From positions 1 through 64,000 of the forward strand of contig UYFQ01000263.1 in NCBI GenBank assembly GCA_900617105.1: a stretch of 64,000 nucleotides of DNA, in the 5' to 3' direction. Under the pieces are notes generated by a model. That model was given only the letters and a program-made list of their open reading frames with translations. It had not been told where the DNA came from and did not search any database. Below, one piece after another: positions 1-13,641 of this stretch (the stretch's first letter is position 1; each line of letters opens with the position of its first letter). Made by a program: the position numbers and the translations under genes. This DNA is from Hydrurus foetidus. Lineage: Eukaryota.

Positions 1-1910
1 CTCTTACTTTCAAGAGCAGATGGTAACGGCGGTCCTCTATGGCCTTATCTATCATTGTTGCGAGATGTATCTCGACGATTGTATAGTATATGGCAAGGGT
101 GAAGCAGAGTTTTCTACAAACTTGAAGAAAGTCTTAGAAAAATTCAGACTTAAGGGTCTTCGACTCAAAGCAAAGAAATGCCGCTTTGGTTTACCTCGTA
201 TTGAATACGTTGGCAGAGTGGTTGACAAAGAAGGTTTATCCATGTCAAAAGAAAAAATAGAAACAGTACTTAACTTCTCTATACCTAAGAACTTAACACT
301 GTTAAGATCATTCTTAGGACTGGCGAACTATTTTCGGCAGTTTTTACCGATCATTCTACTTTGGTTAAACCAATGCAAGATATGATAGATCATTCTGCAC
401 CGAAACGTTCGGCCGTTGTATGGACTCAAGCGAGTACCAGCAGCTTTCACGACACACAGATTGCTATATCTCGTTGTCCATTAATGTACTTCATTGATGA
501 CAATAAACTGGATATCCGATTATATACAGACGCGTCTGATTTTGGAATCGGCGGGGTTCATTTCCAGGTGGTTGATACCATTTGGCAACCGATAGCTTTC
601 ATAAGCAAATCATTGACACCAACACAAATACGGTGGTCAACTATACAGAAAGAAGCGTACGCTATATTCTACTGTTGTACACATCTCGATTATTTAATCA
701 GAGATCGTACATTCACAATCTATACGGATCATTTAAATATCACGTATATGAAACAGAACCCTACCTCAATGGTAGCAAGATGGTTCATTGCAATACAAGA
801 ACTTCATTTCACGGTTGTCTTCGTACCTGGCACGTCAAATGCCTTAGCCGACGCATTGTCGCGATTATGTCCTAACTTCACAGAAATTGCATTACCGTTA
901 CGGATAACGGAATTGGAATTACTTCCAACTTCGTCGTCCTCGGTCACTGTGTCTGCTTTGACGGCTATTGACCCAGCGTCAGACGATCAATTAGAATACA
1001 TCCAAATGTGCCACAATGCGTTTGTTGGTCACAATGGTGTAGATCGTACCCTTACTCGGTTGTTCAGTCTACAACAAGTTTGGAAAAACATGAAACAACA
1101 TGTACGTACGTTCATACAGAACTGTCCGTGTTGTCAAAAGCTGAGCGCAAAAGATCCTAAGATCAATGCGTCTCACTTTGCAACGTCGAATTATGCTATC
1201 TTCGATACGCTGAATATTGACTATATTGGTCCATTCCCAGACAAAGGTTATATCCTTGTCATTATCGACACGTTCACACGATGGATGGAACTGTTCTGGT
1301 GTGCAAATGCGGACGCAAAATCAGCGGCCGACTACATACTCTCGCATTTTGGCCGTTTCGGCTCGCCAAATATGATACGATCGGATCGAGGATCCCATTT
1401 CGCAAACGATTTAATAAAAGATTTTTTAGATCTTTGTGGTACGCCACATAATTTAACCCTCGCATACTCAAAAGAGGAAAATGCGATTGTTGAGAGAGTC
1501 AACAAAGAGGTAAATAGACACCTACGAGGTCTTGTTTTTGATAAACAGACCCTAGAGGGATATGCTAAGTCAATCCCGTTTGTGCAACGCATCATTAGCA
1601 GTTCAGTTAATAGACGCACTAAAGTTGCGCCCGCACATTTACTGTTCGGAAACAAGCTTGACTTGAATCGTGGTATTTTGACACCACACTTAAGTGTGTG
1701 GAGTTTGTAGTGAAAAAGGTTCTTAACCACTCAGGTGACAAAAAGAAACCAACGACAATGTCATTCCAAGTCAAATGGCTTAATTATGATGACACTCATA
1801 ATTCATGGGAGCCGTGGAAGAACCTACGACTTAGTGAAGCACTCCATGAATACTTGAGGGACAATAAATTAAAGCATTTTATCCCCAAGAATCTTGAGGC
1901 ATCAGTCTAA
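1..1910 (+). pseudogene. pol: Ty3/Gypsy chromovirus pol, family A (3' part: RT, RNase H, integrase, chromodomain), disrupted
   Basis: RT YLDD; RNase H YTDASD/QKEAYA/TDH/ADALSR; integrase H..H..CPCC, IDY, RSDRG, ENAIVE; chromodomain FQVKWLNY..NSWEP. Frameshift near 360. A ~360-bp deletion at ~1698 removes the WHGPY region present in the copy at 10280-10637. Confidence 0.93.
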
Positions 1911-2242
1911 GAAGACTGATCTCGAACGTATTATCTTTTGAAGATTTTTCCTAATTTTCCCTCTATGGAGGTTTCATGGTTTTAGTCAGTAAAAATCTGA
2001 CATAATTACGTATCGAGGCCTCGGACACATGTACTTACGTACTCGGCACCACTTTTTCTCGTCGACCGACCCACCACAGTTTACATTTTGTGTATATTTT
2101 TATTATACTTTTCGTTTATTTTTCGTATATATTTTTATTTGCTTCCCATTCCTTTCTGTAGTTATTATTAGTTATTATATTATTAAACGTGGTGGTCGCG
2201 TCATAGTTAGATTTCTTCAAAAAAAGAGATAAGTGGTGGAAA

Positions 2243-2449
2243 TGTGGTCGTACCGGGTATACCGGGCCTACGGGCCGTACCGAACCTCGTCACGATCCAC
2301 CCGATCCTTCCGCCTACAGTGCACATACATCTCTAGCACTACTAGCTAGCTAGCTGCAGCCTACTTCCAGAAGTTGACCTAGCTTCTAGCATAGCCTGTA
2401 ACTAACTACCACCTACTCGTCTTTCGATCTCTTCTCTATCTGGACTCTA
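2243..2449 (+). repeat. 3' LTR of Gypsy family A, preceded by polypurine tract
   Basis: Starts TGTGGTCG right after AAAAAAAGAGATAAGTGGTGGAAA. Matches the array LTRs and the LTR at 61212-61418. The terminal ACA is degenerate here. Confidence 0.85.
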
Positions 2450-2647
2450 CCCCCTGAAGTTCTCGTCAATTTCCTTTTGAAATAGATGAAACCATTCCAA
2501 TCCTCCTTTTCCTACTACTCCACTCCATACCTACCTGTCTTCACAAAAGTTTAACCTATCCTTCCTCTCTCTAAAACCACCGCGTCCGAGTTCCGTCGGG
2601 GTCCCTTCAATAATCTATCGACCATAATCGTAGCGAAGACGAAGACA

Positions 2648-3702
2648 ATGGAGGCTCAAGATATCCCAGACAAATCAGCCTCCACAATAGTTCCCTCGGC
2701 CTACCAAGCACACCTGTGCTTAGCATTCGCAAGGCTCGAAATGCTGATGAGAAAATCAAGGCCGATATCATCGCCAGAAGCAAAGCCACCATGGCCAGAC
2801 AAGCTATAAAGGCCTCAGCCACCGCCACCGCCACCCGCATTCCTGACGAGATTGCAGCCCGCAAATCCGAACGCTCTTCGGAACGCAAGATGCTCAAACA
2901 GCAACAGACGCAGCGACTGAAGAAGACTCGGCAATGATTGCATATGTCCTGGCAGCAACGGACGAAGATGAGAAAAGAGGGCGTGAGCTCTGTGCTCGAT
3001 CTCGTCAGTGCTCTATTACCTCAGTAGCCAAAACCATCGATGTGGAGGAAAGCCCAAAAGGCAGACCAAAACGAAGAAGAGGAGGCAATGAGAAAGACAA
3101 GCAATCGGAGGAAGAAGACATCCACGACGATCTAAAGTCAATCGAGAGTGAGCTCGTCCCGGTGAGAAAATCATCTCGAACGACGAGAATCCAAACCTTT
3201 ATGGAGGTGGACTTGGAGTCGGGAGAGGAAGAAGGGGACGAGGGCTACAACGACAACGACGATAACGACGACGACGACGACAACGTCAAAGACGCTGAGT
3301 CAATTTCTGATAATGACAATCAATCGTCAGACGAGTCAGTCGAGTCAGCTTCCCCTAACAAGCGCAAGACTAAGTCTCCGCCAAAGCAGATAAAAAAGAT
3401 TTCCACAAGGAAGAAGATCACAGTGTCATCAAGGACAAAGAAGTCTGGGCAGCCTAAATCTGCTACAGCAAAAGAGTCTAAGGAAGATGTTGATAAAAGA
3501 CCAACCCTACTCCTAAGTCTAAACCAGAGACATCTACGGCTACAAGCATCGAGTTAAAAATTAAAACAACAGAGTCAGCACGCAGACGCATGGTAGAGGA
3601 TGACATCAACAATGAGCAGAGTGATACCTCAGTCTTATCAGACGAAAATTACCAGCAACAACGTACACTCATCAACATGAATGAGGTATTCATGCTCAAT
3701 GC
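2648..3702 (+). pseudogene. Degenerate low-complexity basic/acidic ORF fragments, possibly a TE ORF N-terminus, interrupted by the LTR array
   Basis: ORFs 2716-2937 and 2934-3557 are K/R/D/E/S-rich with frameshifts; no recognisable domain. Confidence 0.3.
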
Positions 3703-6700
3703 TGTAGTCCGGATGGAGGAGGAGGTCGACAGACGAGTAGGTGGTAGTTAGTTACAGGCTATGCTAGAAGCTAGGTCAACTTCTGGAAGTAGGCTGCAGC
3801 TAGCTAGCTAGTAGTGCTAGAGATGTATGTGTACTGTAGGCGGAAGGATCGGGTGGATCGTGACGAGGTTCGGTACGGCCCGTAGGGCGGTATACCCCCT
3901 ACGACCACATTTCCACCACTTATCTTTTTTTTTGAAGAAATCTAACTATGACGCGACCACCACGTTTAATAATATAATAACTAACTACAGAAAGGAATGG
4001 AATGAAGAAAAATATATACGAAAAATAAACGAAAAGTATAATAAAACATATACAAAATGTAAACTGTGGTGGGTCGGTCGAAAAAGTGGTGCCTAGTACG
4101 TAAGTACATGTGTCCGAGGCCTCGATACGTAATTATGTCAGATTTTTACTGACTAAAACCATAGAACCTCCATAGAGGGAAAATTAGGAAAAATCTTCAA
4201 AAGATAATACGTTCGAGATCAGTCTTCTTAGACTGATGCCTCAAGATTCTTGGGGATAAAATGCTTCATTTTATTGTCTCTGTAGTCCGGATAGAGAAGA
4301 GATCGAAAGACGAGTAGGTGGTAGTTAGTTACAGGCTATGCTAGAAGCTAGGTTAACTTCTGAGAGTAGGCTGCAGCTAGCTAGCTAGTAGTGCTAGAGA
4401 TGTATGTGTACTGTAGGCGGAAGGATCGTGTGGATCGTGACGAGGTTCGGTACGGCCCGTAGGCCCGGTATACCCGGTACGACCACATTTCCACCACTTA
4501 TCTCTTTTTTTGAAGAAATCTAACTATGACGCGACCACCACGTTTAATAATATAATAACTAATAATAACTACAGAAAGGAATGGGAAGCAAATAAAAATA
4601 TATACGAAAAATAAACGAAAAGTATAATAAAAATATACACAAAATGTAAACTGTGGTGGGTCGGTCGACGAGAAAAAGTGGTGCCTAGTACGTAAGTACA
4701 TGTGTCCGAGGCCTCGATACGTAATTATGTCAGATTTTTACTGACTAAAACCATGAAACCTCCATAGAGGGAAAATTAGGAAAAATCTTCAAAAGATAAT
4801 ACGTTCGAGATCAGTCTTCTTAGACTGATGCCTCAAGATTCTTGGGGATAAAATGCTTCATTTTATTGTCTCTGTAGTCCGGATAGAGAAGAGATCGAAA
4901 GACGAGTAGGTGGTAGTTAGTTACAGGCTATGCTAGAAGCTAGGTTAACTTCTGAGAGTAGGCTGCAGCTAGCTAGCTAGTAGTGCTAGAGATGTATGTG
5001 TACTGTAGGCGGAAGGATCGTGTGGATCGTGACGAGGTTCGGTACGGCCCGTAGGCCCGGTATACCCGGTACGACCACATTTCCACCACTTATCTCTTTT
5101 TTTGAAGAAATCTAACTATGACGCGACCACCACGTTTAATAATATAATAACTAATAATAACTACAGAAAGGAATGGAAAGAAAAATATATACGAAAAATA
5201 AACGAAAAGTATAATAAAACTATATACAAAATGTAAACTGTGGTGGGTCGGTCGACGAGAAAAAGTGCTGCCTAGTACGTAAGTACATGTGTCCGAGGCC
5301 TCGATACGTAATTATGTCAGATTTTTACTGACTAAAACCATGAAACCTCCATAGAGGGAAAATTAGGAAAAATCTTCAAAAGATAATACGTTCGAGATCA
5401 GTCTTCTTAGACTGATGCCTCAAGATTCTTGGGGATAAAATGCTTCATTTCATTGTCTCTGTAGTCCGGATGGAGGAGGAGGTCGACAGACGAGTAGGTG
5501 GTAGTTAGTTGCAGGCTATGCTAGAAGCTAGGTCAACTTCTGGAAGTAGGCTGCAGCTAGCTAGCTAGTAGTGCTAGAGATGTATGTGCACTGTAGGCGG
5601 AAGGATCGTGTGGATCGTGACGAGGTTCGGTACGGCCCGTAGGCCCGGTATACCCGGTACGACCACATTTCCACCACTTATCTCTTTTTTTGAAGAAATC
5701 TAACTATGACGCGACCACCACGTTTAATAATATAATAACTAATAATAACTACAGAAAGGAATGGGAAGCAAATAAAAATATATACGAAAAATAAACGAAA
5801 AGTATAATAAAAATATACACAAAATGTAAACTGTGGTGGGTCGGTCGACGAGAAAAAGTGGTGCCTAGTACGTAAGTACATGTGTCCGAGGCCTCGATAC
5901 GTAATTATGTCAGATTTTTACTGACTAAAACCATAGAACCTCCATAGAGGGAAAATTAGGAAAAATCTTCAAAAGATAATACGTTCGAGATCAGTCTTCT
6001 TAGACTGATGCCTCAAGATTCTTGGGGATAAAATGCTTCATTTTATTGTCTCTGTAGTCCGGATAGAGAAGAGATCGAAAGACGAGTAGGTGGTAGTTAG
6101 TTACAGGCTATGCTAGAAGCTAGGTTAACTTCTGAGAGTAGGCTGCAGCTAGCTAGCTAGTCGTGCTAGAGATGTATGTGTACTGTAGGCGGAAGGATCG
6201 TGTGGATCGTGACGAGGTTCGGTACGGCCCGTAGGCCCGGTATACCCGGTACGACCACATTTCCACCACTTATCTCTTTTTTTGAAGAAATCTAACTATG
6301 ACGCGACCACCACGTTTAATAATATAATAACTAATAATAACTACAGAAAGGAATGGAAAGAAAAATTTATACGAAAAATAAACGAAAAGTATAATAAAAC
6401 TATATACAAAATGTAAACTGTGGTGGGTCGGTCGACGAGAAAAAGTGCTGCCTAGTACGTAAGTACATGTGCCCGAGGCCTCGATACGTAATTATGTCAG
6501 ATTTTTACTGACTAAAACCATGAAACCTCCATAGAGGGAAAATTAGGAAAAATCTTCAAAAGATAATACGTTCGAGATCAGTCTTCTTAGACTGATGCCT
6601 CAAGATTCTTGGGGATAAAATGCTTCATTTTGTTGTCTCTGTAGTCCGGATGGAGAAGAGATCGACAGACGAGTAGGTGGTAGTTAGTTACAGGCTATGC

Positions 6701-9700
6701 TAGAAGCTAGGTCAACTTCTGGAAGTAGGCTGCAGCTAGCTAGCTAGTAGTGCTAGAGATGTATGTGTACTGTAGGCGGAAGGATCGGGTGGATCGTGAC
6801 GAGGTTCGGTACGGCCCGTAGGCCCGGTATACCCGGTACGACCACATTTCCACCACTTATCTCTTTTTTTGAAGAAATCTAACTATGACGCGACCACCAC
6901 GTTTAATAATATAATAACTAATAATAACTACAGAAAAGAATGGAAAGAAAAATATATACGAAAAATAAACGAAAAGTATAATAAAGATATATACAAAATG
7001 TAAACTGTGGTGGGTCGGTCGACGAGAAAAAGTGCTGCCTAGTACGTAAGTACATGTGTCCGAGGCCTCGATACGTAATTATGTCAGATTTTTACTGACT
7101 AAAACCATGAAACCTCCATAGAGGGAAAATTAGGAAAAATCTTCAAAAGATAATACGTTCGAGATCAGTCTTCTTAGACTGATGCCTCAAGATTCTTGGG
7201 GATAAAATGCTTCATTTTGTTGTCTCTGTAGTCCGGATGGAGAAGAGATCGAAAGACGAGTAGGTGGTAGTTAGTTACAGGCTATGCTAGAAGCTAGGTC
7301 AACTTCTGGAAGTAGGCTGCAGCTAGCTAGCTAGTAGTGCTAGAGATGTATGTGTACTGTAGGCGGAAGGATCGGGTGGATCGTGACGAGGTTCGGTACG
7401 GCCCGTAGGCCCGGTATACCCGGTACGACCACATTTCCACCACTTATCTCTTTTTTTGAAGAAATCTAACTATGACGCGACCACCACGTTTAATAATATA
7501 ATAACTAATAATAACTACAGAAAGGAATGGAAAGAAAAATTTATACGAAAAATAAACGAAAAGTATAATAAAACTATATACAAAATGTAAACTGTGGTGG
7601 GTCGGTCGACGAGAAAAAGTGCTGCCTAGTACGTAAGTACATGTGTCCGAGGCCTCGATACGTAATTATGTCAGATTTTTACTGACTAAAACCATGAAAC
7701 CTCCATAGAGGGAAAATTAGGAAAAATCTTCAAAAGATAATACGTTCGAGATCAGTCTTCTTAGACTGATGCCTCAAGATTCTTGGGGATAAAATGCTTC
7801 ATTTCATTGTCTCTGTAGTCCGGATGGAGGAGGAGGTCGACAGACGAGTAGGTGGTAGTTAGTTACAGGCTATGCTAGAAGCTAGGTCAACTTCTGGAAG
7901 TAGGCTGCAGCTAGCTAGCTAGTAGTGCTAGAGATGTATGTGCACTGTAGGCGGAAGGATCGGGTGGATCGTGACGAGGTTCGGTACGGCCCGTAGGCCC
8001 GGTATACCCGGTACGACCACATTTCCACCACTTATCTCTTTTTTTGAAGAAATCTAACTATGACGCGACCACCACGTTTAATAATATAATAACTAATAAT
8101 AACTACAGAAAGGAATGGAAAGAAAAATATATACGAAAAATAAACGAAAAGTATAATAAAACTATATACAAAATGTAAACTGTGGTGGGTCGGTCGACGA
8201 GAAAAAGTGCTGCCTAGTACGTAAGTACATGTGTCCGAGGCCTCGATACGTAATTATGTCAGATTTTTACTGACTAAAACCATGAAACCTCCATAGAGGG
8301 AAAATTAGGAAAAATCTTCAAAAGATAATACGTTCGAGATCAGTCTTCTTAGACTGATGCCTCAAGATTCTTGGGGATAAAATGCTTCATTTTGTTGTCT
8401 CTGTAGTCCGGATGGAGAAGAGATCGACAGACGAGTAGGTGGTAGTTAGTTACAGGCTATGCTAGAAGCTAGGTCAACTTCTGGAAGTAGGCTGCAGCTA
8501 GCTAGCTAGTAGTGCTAGAGATGTATGTGTACTGTAGGCGGAAGGATCGGGTGGATCGTGACGAGGTTCGGTACGGCCCGTAGGCCCGGTATACCCGGTA
8601 CGACCACATTTCCACCACTTATCTCTTTTTTTGAAGAAATCTAACTATGACGCGACCACCACGTTTAATAATATAATAACTAATAATAACTACAGAAAGG
8701 AATGGAAAGAAAAATATATACGAAAAATAAACGAAAAGTATAATAAAGATATATACAAAATGTAAACTGTGGTGGGTCGGTCGACGAGAAAAAGTGCTGC
8801 CTAGTACGTAAGTACATGTGTCCGAGGCCTCGATACGTAATTATGTCAGATTTTTACTGACTAAAACCATGAAACCTCCATAGAGGGAAAATTAGGAAAA
8901 ATCTTCAAAAGATAATACGTTCGAGATCAGTCTTCTTAGACTGATGCCTCAAGATTCTTGGGGATAAAATGCTTCATTTTGTTGTCTCTGTAGTCCGGAT
9001 GGAGAAGAGATCGAAAGACGAGTAGGTGGTAGTTAGTTACAGGCTATGCTAGAAGCTAGGTCAACTTCTGGAAGTAGGCTGCAGCTAGCTAGCTAGTAGT
9101 GCTAGAGATGTATGTGTACTGTAGGCGGAAGGATCGGGTGGATCGTGACGAGGTCCGGTACGGCCCGTAGGCCCGGTATACCCGGTACGACCACATTTCC
9201 CCCACTTATCTCTTTTTTGAAGAAATCTAATCTATGACGCGACCACCACGTTTAATAATATAATAACTAATAATAACTACAGAAAGGAATGGAAAGAAAA
9301 ATTTATACGAAAAATAAACGAAAAGTATAATAAAAATATATACAAAATGTAAACTGTGGTGGGTCGGTCGACGAGAAAAAGTGGTGCCTAGTACGTAAGT
9401 ACATGTGTCCGAGGCCTCGATACGTAATTATGTCAGATTTTTACTGACTAAAACCATAAAACCTCCATAGAGGGAAAATTAGGAAAAATCTTCAAAAGAT
9501 AATACGTTCGAGATCAGTCTTCTTAGACTGATGCCTCAAGATTCTTGGGGATAAAATGCTTCATTTCATTGTCTCTGTAGTCCGGATGGAGGAGGAGGTC
9601 GACAGACGAGTAGGTGGTAGTTAGTTACAGGCTATGCTAGAAGCTAGGTCAACTTCTGGAAGTAGGCTGCAGCTAGCTAGCTAGTAGTGCTAGAGATGTA

Positions 9701-10103
9701 TGTGCACTGTAGGCGGAAGGATCGGGTGGATCGTGACGAGGTTCGGTACGGCCCGTAGGCCCGGTATACCCGGTACGACCACATTTCCACCACTTATCTC
9801 TTTTTTTGAAGAAATCTAACTATGACGCGACCACCACGTTTAATAATATAATAACTAATAATAACTACAGAAAGGAATGGAAAGAAAAATATATACGAAA
9901 AATAAACGAAAAGTATAATAAAACTATATACAAAATGTAAACTGTGGTGGGTCGGTCGACGAGAAAAAGTGCTGCCTAGTACGTAAGTACATGTGTCCGA
10001 GGCCTCGATACGTAATTATGTCAGATTTTTACTGACTAAAACCATGAAACCTCCATAGAGGGAAAATTAGGAAAAATCTTCAAAAGATAATACGTTCGAG
10101 ATC
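3703..10103 (-). repeat. Tandem array of 11 units (~580-593 bp), each pol tail + 3' UTR + PPT + complete LTR of Gypsy family A
   Basis: TGTAGTCCGGA (reverse-complement LTR end) recurs at 3703, 4281, 4873, 5460, 6053, 6640, 7227, 7814, 8402, 8989, 9576. Each unit is the reverse complement of ~1860-2449. Confidence 0.95.
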
Positions 10104-10740
10104 CTTTAATTTATTGTCCCTCAAGTATTCATGGAGTGCTTCACTAAGCCGTAGGTTTTTCCACGGCTCCCATGAATTATGAGTGTCATCATAATTAAGC
10201 CATTTGACTTGGAATGACATTGTCGTTGGTTTCTTTTTGTCACCTGAGTGGTTAAGAACCTTTTTCACTACAAACTCCATGTGGTTACAACGAGCAGTGT
10301 CAGCAGGTACATCGACCTCTGAATCATAAATAATTTTTTTTAAATTCTTAATATGCACACTTCGTTCCTTGTGTGTAACAAGGTTTGCGAGGATATACTC
10401 GGATCCTTTGTAGGAGATAACACGGTACGGGCCATGCCACGTAGTGTGTAACTGAGTTGGCGGTCGATCCGTGTAACGACATAAAAAATATATCCCTATA
10501 GGGAACACTGTCGCACACTTAGCCGATGCCGCGTGTTTAGCGTCTGCTGACATTAAAGCTTGAATAGCTGAATCGAGGACCTTGTCCTGAACGCTGATCA
10601 AGTCCTCAATGTTTGTTGATCTAGAATGTATATTCACACTTAAGTGTGGTGTCAAAATACCACGATTCAAGTCAAGCTTGTTTCCGAACAGTAAATGTGC
10701 GGGAGCAACTTTAGTGCGTCTATTAACTGAACTGTTAATG
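10080..10740 (-). pseudogene. pol: Gypsy family A pol 3' fragment (integrase C-terminus + chromodomain), 5'-truncated
   Basis: WHGPYRVI motif and a chromodomain identical to ORF 1698-1910; continuous with the array. Confidence 0.9.
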
Positions 10741-11514
10741 ACACTCGGATCTCACCACCTTCACTACTGCTGCTATACCGATGCGAGCTGACGCTCGGAA
10801 GATCCAACGAGTCAATAAACGAACGGCTGAAGTTGAGAGGATGAAGAGCGACTTGAAGAAACCTACAGCTTTTCACGTCAACAGCAAAAAAGACTGAAAA
10901 GTCATGAACAATCAAGTTCTATTGACTCAGACGACTGCAGCTATCAAGAAGAGGAACAGCGTAAGACAGCATTAAGAAAGTAATGTGTTGTTCTACGGTA
11001 TCTGCAATTGAATATTAATTCTTTGACATGTTCATTCCCAAAGAGATTTGAAGAGCTGAAGTTCTTGCTGAATATGGAGACCGATCCCATCAAGAAGCAG
11101 AAGCGTATGGACGAAATGGGGACGAAGACGCTATTGGAAGTTATCAATCTCTGTGATACATGCAAATAAGGAGGAGGATGGTCCCGATGATAGCCGGGAC
11201 AGAGATAACAGAGACGACAATCAAGATGAGGAGGATGACAGACGCGAGACCTCGGATTCAGGAGACGATACAGTCTATGAGAAGTAGGACGACGATACTC
11301 AAGTTTCAAGGGAGGGGAACGTAATGAGGAGAGGATCTGCTAAATCCTATGAGGATTCCAACCATCTGAATGTATCCGTCATCAGCAACTCCAGTCATGT
11401 GAGAAGCATGCGACCCCAAGAGGAGGACAATCCAATCAAAAGATCTCTGTCAAGTACTTCTAGTCAAGTCAGTCAAAGTAGAACTTTTTTTACTTCTACT
11501 CAAATTTTGCTTTA

Positions 11515-13110
11515 GAGGATAGCCAACTTAACCGTTCCATCACTAGCTCCTCTAGCCAAGTCCAACAGAGCCGAAGAAGAGATGGAGATGAGGAAGAAGA
11601 CAGCCAACTTAACCGTTCCATCACTAGCTCCTCTAGTCAAGTCCAACAGAGCCGAAGAAGAGATGGAGATGAGGAAGAAGACAGCCAACTTAACCGTTCC
11701 ATCACTAGCTCCTCTAGCCAATTCCAACAGAGCAGAAGAAGAGATGGAGATGAGGAAGAAGACAGCCAACTTAACCGTTCCATCACTAGCTCCTCTAGCC
11801 AAGTCCAACAGAGCAGAAGAAGAGATGGAGATGAGGAAGAAGACAGCCAACTTAACCGTTCCATCACTAGCTCCTCTAGCCAAGTCCAACAGAGCAGAAG
11901 AAGAGATGGAGATGAGGAAGAAGACAGCCAACTTAACCGTTCCATCACTAGCTCCTCTAGCCAAGTCCAACAGAGCAGAAGAAGAGATGGAGATGAGGAA
12001 GAAGACAGCCAACTTAACCGTTCCATCACTAGCTCCTCTAGCCAAGTCCAACAGAGCCGAAGAAGAGATGGAGATGAGGAAGAAGACAGCCAACTTAACC
12101 GTTCCATCACTAGCTCCTCTAGCCAAGTCCAACATAGCCGAAGAAGAGATGGAGATGAGGAAGAAGACAGCCAACTTAACCGTTCCATCACTAGCACCTC
12201 TAGCCAAGTCCAACAGAGCCGAAGAAGAGATGGAGATGAGGAAGAAGACAGCCAACTTAACCGTTCCATCACTAGCTCCTCTAGCCAAGTCCAACAGAGC
12301 CGAAGAAGAGATGGAGATGAGGAAGAAGACAGCCAACTTAACCGTTCCATCACTAGCTCCTCTAGCCAAGTCCAACAGAGCCGAAGAAGAGATGGAGATG
12401 AGGAAGAAGACAGCCAACTTAACCGTTCCATCACTAGCTCCTCTAGCCAAGTCCAACAGAGCCGAAGAAGAGATGGAGATGAGGAAGAAGACAGCCAACT
12501 TAACCGTTCCATCACTAGCTCCTCTAGCCAAGTCCAACAGAGCCGAAGAAGAGATGGAGATGAGGAAGAAGACAGCCAACTTAACTGTTCCATCACTAGC
12601 TCCTCTAGCCAAGTCCAACAGAGCCGAAGAAGAGATGGAGATGAGGAAGAAGACAGCCAACTTAACCGTTCCATCACTAGCTCCTCTAGCCAAGTCCAAC
12701 AGAGCCGAAGAAGAGATGGAGATGAGGAAGAAGACAGCCAACTTAACCGTTCCATCACTAGCTCCTCTAGCCAAGTCCAACAGAGCCGAAGAAGAGATGG
12801 AGATGAGGAAGAAGACAGCCAACTTAACCGTTCCATCACTAGCTCCTCTAGCCAAGTCCAACAGAGCAGAAGAAGAGATGGAGATGAGGAAGAAGACAGC
12901 CAACTTAACTGTTCCATCACTAGCTCCTCTAGCCAAGTCCAACAGAGCCGAAGAAGAGATGGAGATGAGGAAGAAGACAGCCAACTTAACTGTTCCATCA
13001 CTAGCTCCTCTAGCCAAGTCCAACAGAGCCGAAGAAGAGATGGAGATGAGGAAGAAGACAGCCAACTTAACCGTTCCATCACTAGCTCCTCTAGCCAAGT
13101 CCAAAAGAGC
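11515..13110 (+). repeat. 81-bp minisatellite, ~19.5 copies
   Basis: Unit AGCCAACTTAACCGTTCCATCACTAGCTCCTCTAGCCAAGTCCAACAGAGCCGAAGAAGAGATGGAGATGAGGAAGAAGAC. Confidence 0.97.
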
Positions 13111-13641
13111 AAGAAGAAGTCTAGAGTCTACGAAGACGAAAGCCAAACATCTCTTACCAGCAACATCACTCAAGAGAAGGAGAAATAAAAGAATTATTCC
13201 AGATGAAAAATCCAACCCTACACCTACACTGTCCGATGAGACCACTCAACCACTGGAGACCAGAAGACAATCTGTCATTAACCAACAACCCATCACATCA
13301 CAGAGTAAGGATATTCAAGATAGTCAACTATTCACCATCTAAGAACGTCTTGATGAATCTTCAAGTGACGCTGCAGATAGGATCATGGCAGGGACTCTAT
13401 CAGAACTTCTAATATTCAGGAAAATGGCTCTTTTTAATCTGCCTCAAGAGGAAAACATCATAACAGAGGATTCTCACCTAGCCAACATAGAATAAGACAT
13501 ATGCTCACCGATATTGCCCCAGAAATTATCGAATAGGTCCCCTTTTCTCACCCGAAATATTGTACAGGGTACTCATCGCAGCGTTACACGATCACAAGAA
13601 TCTGCTACCAAGACGAAGATGAAGGGATTGACTGATGCAGA

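Noticed and set aside
2029..2232. Repeated 67-aa hydrophobic ORF as an env-like or membrane peptide
   Set aside because: T-rich 3' UTR translation, disrupted in most array units.
3703..10103. Possible CRISPR-like array
   Set aside because: No unique spacers; whole units repeat and derive from a retroelement; no cas genes.
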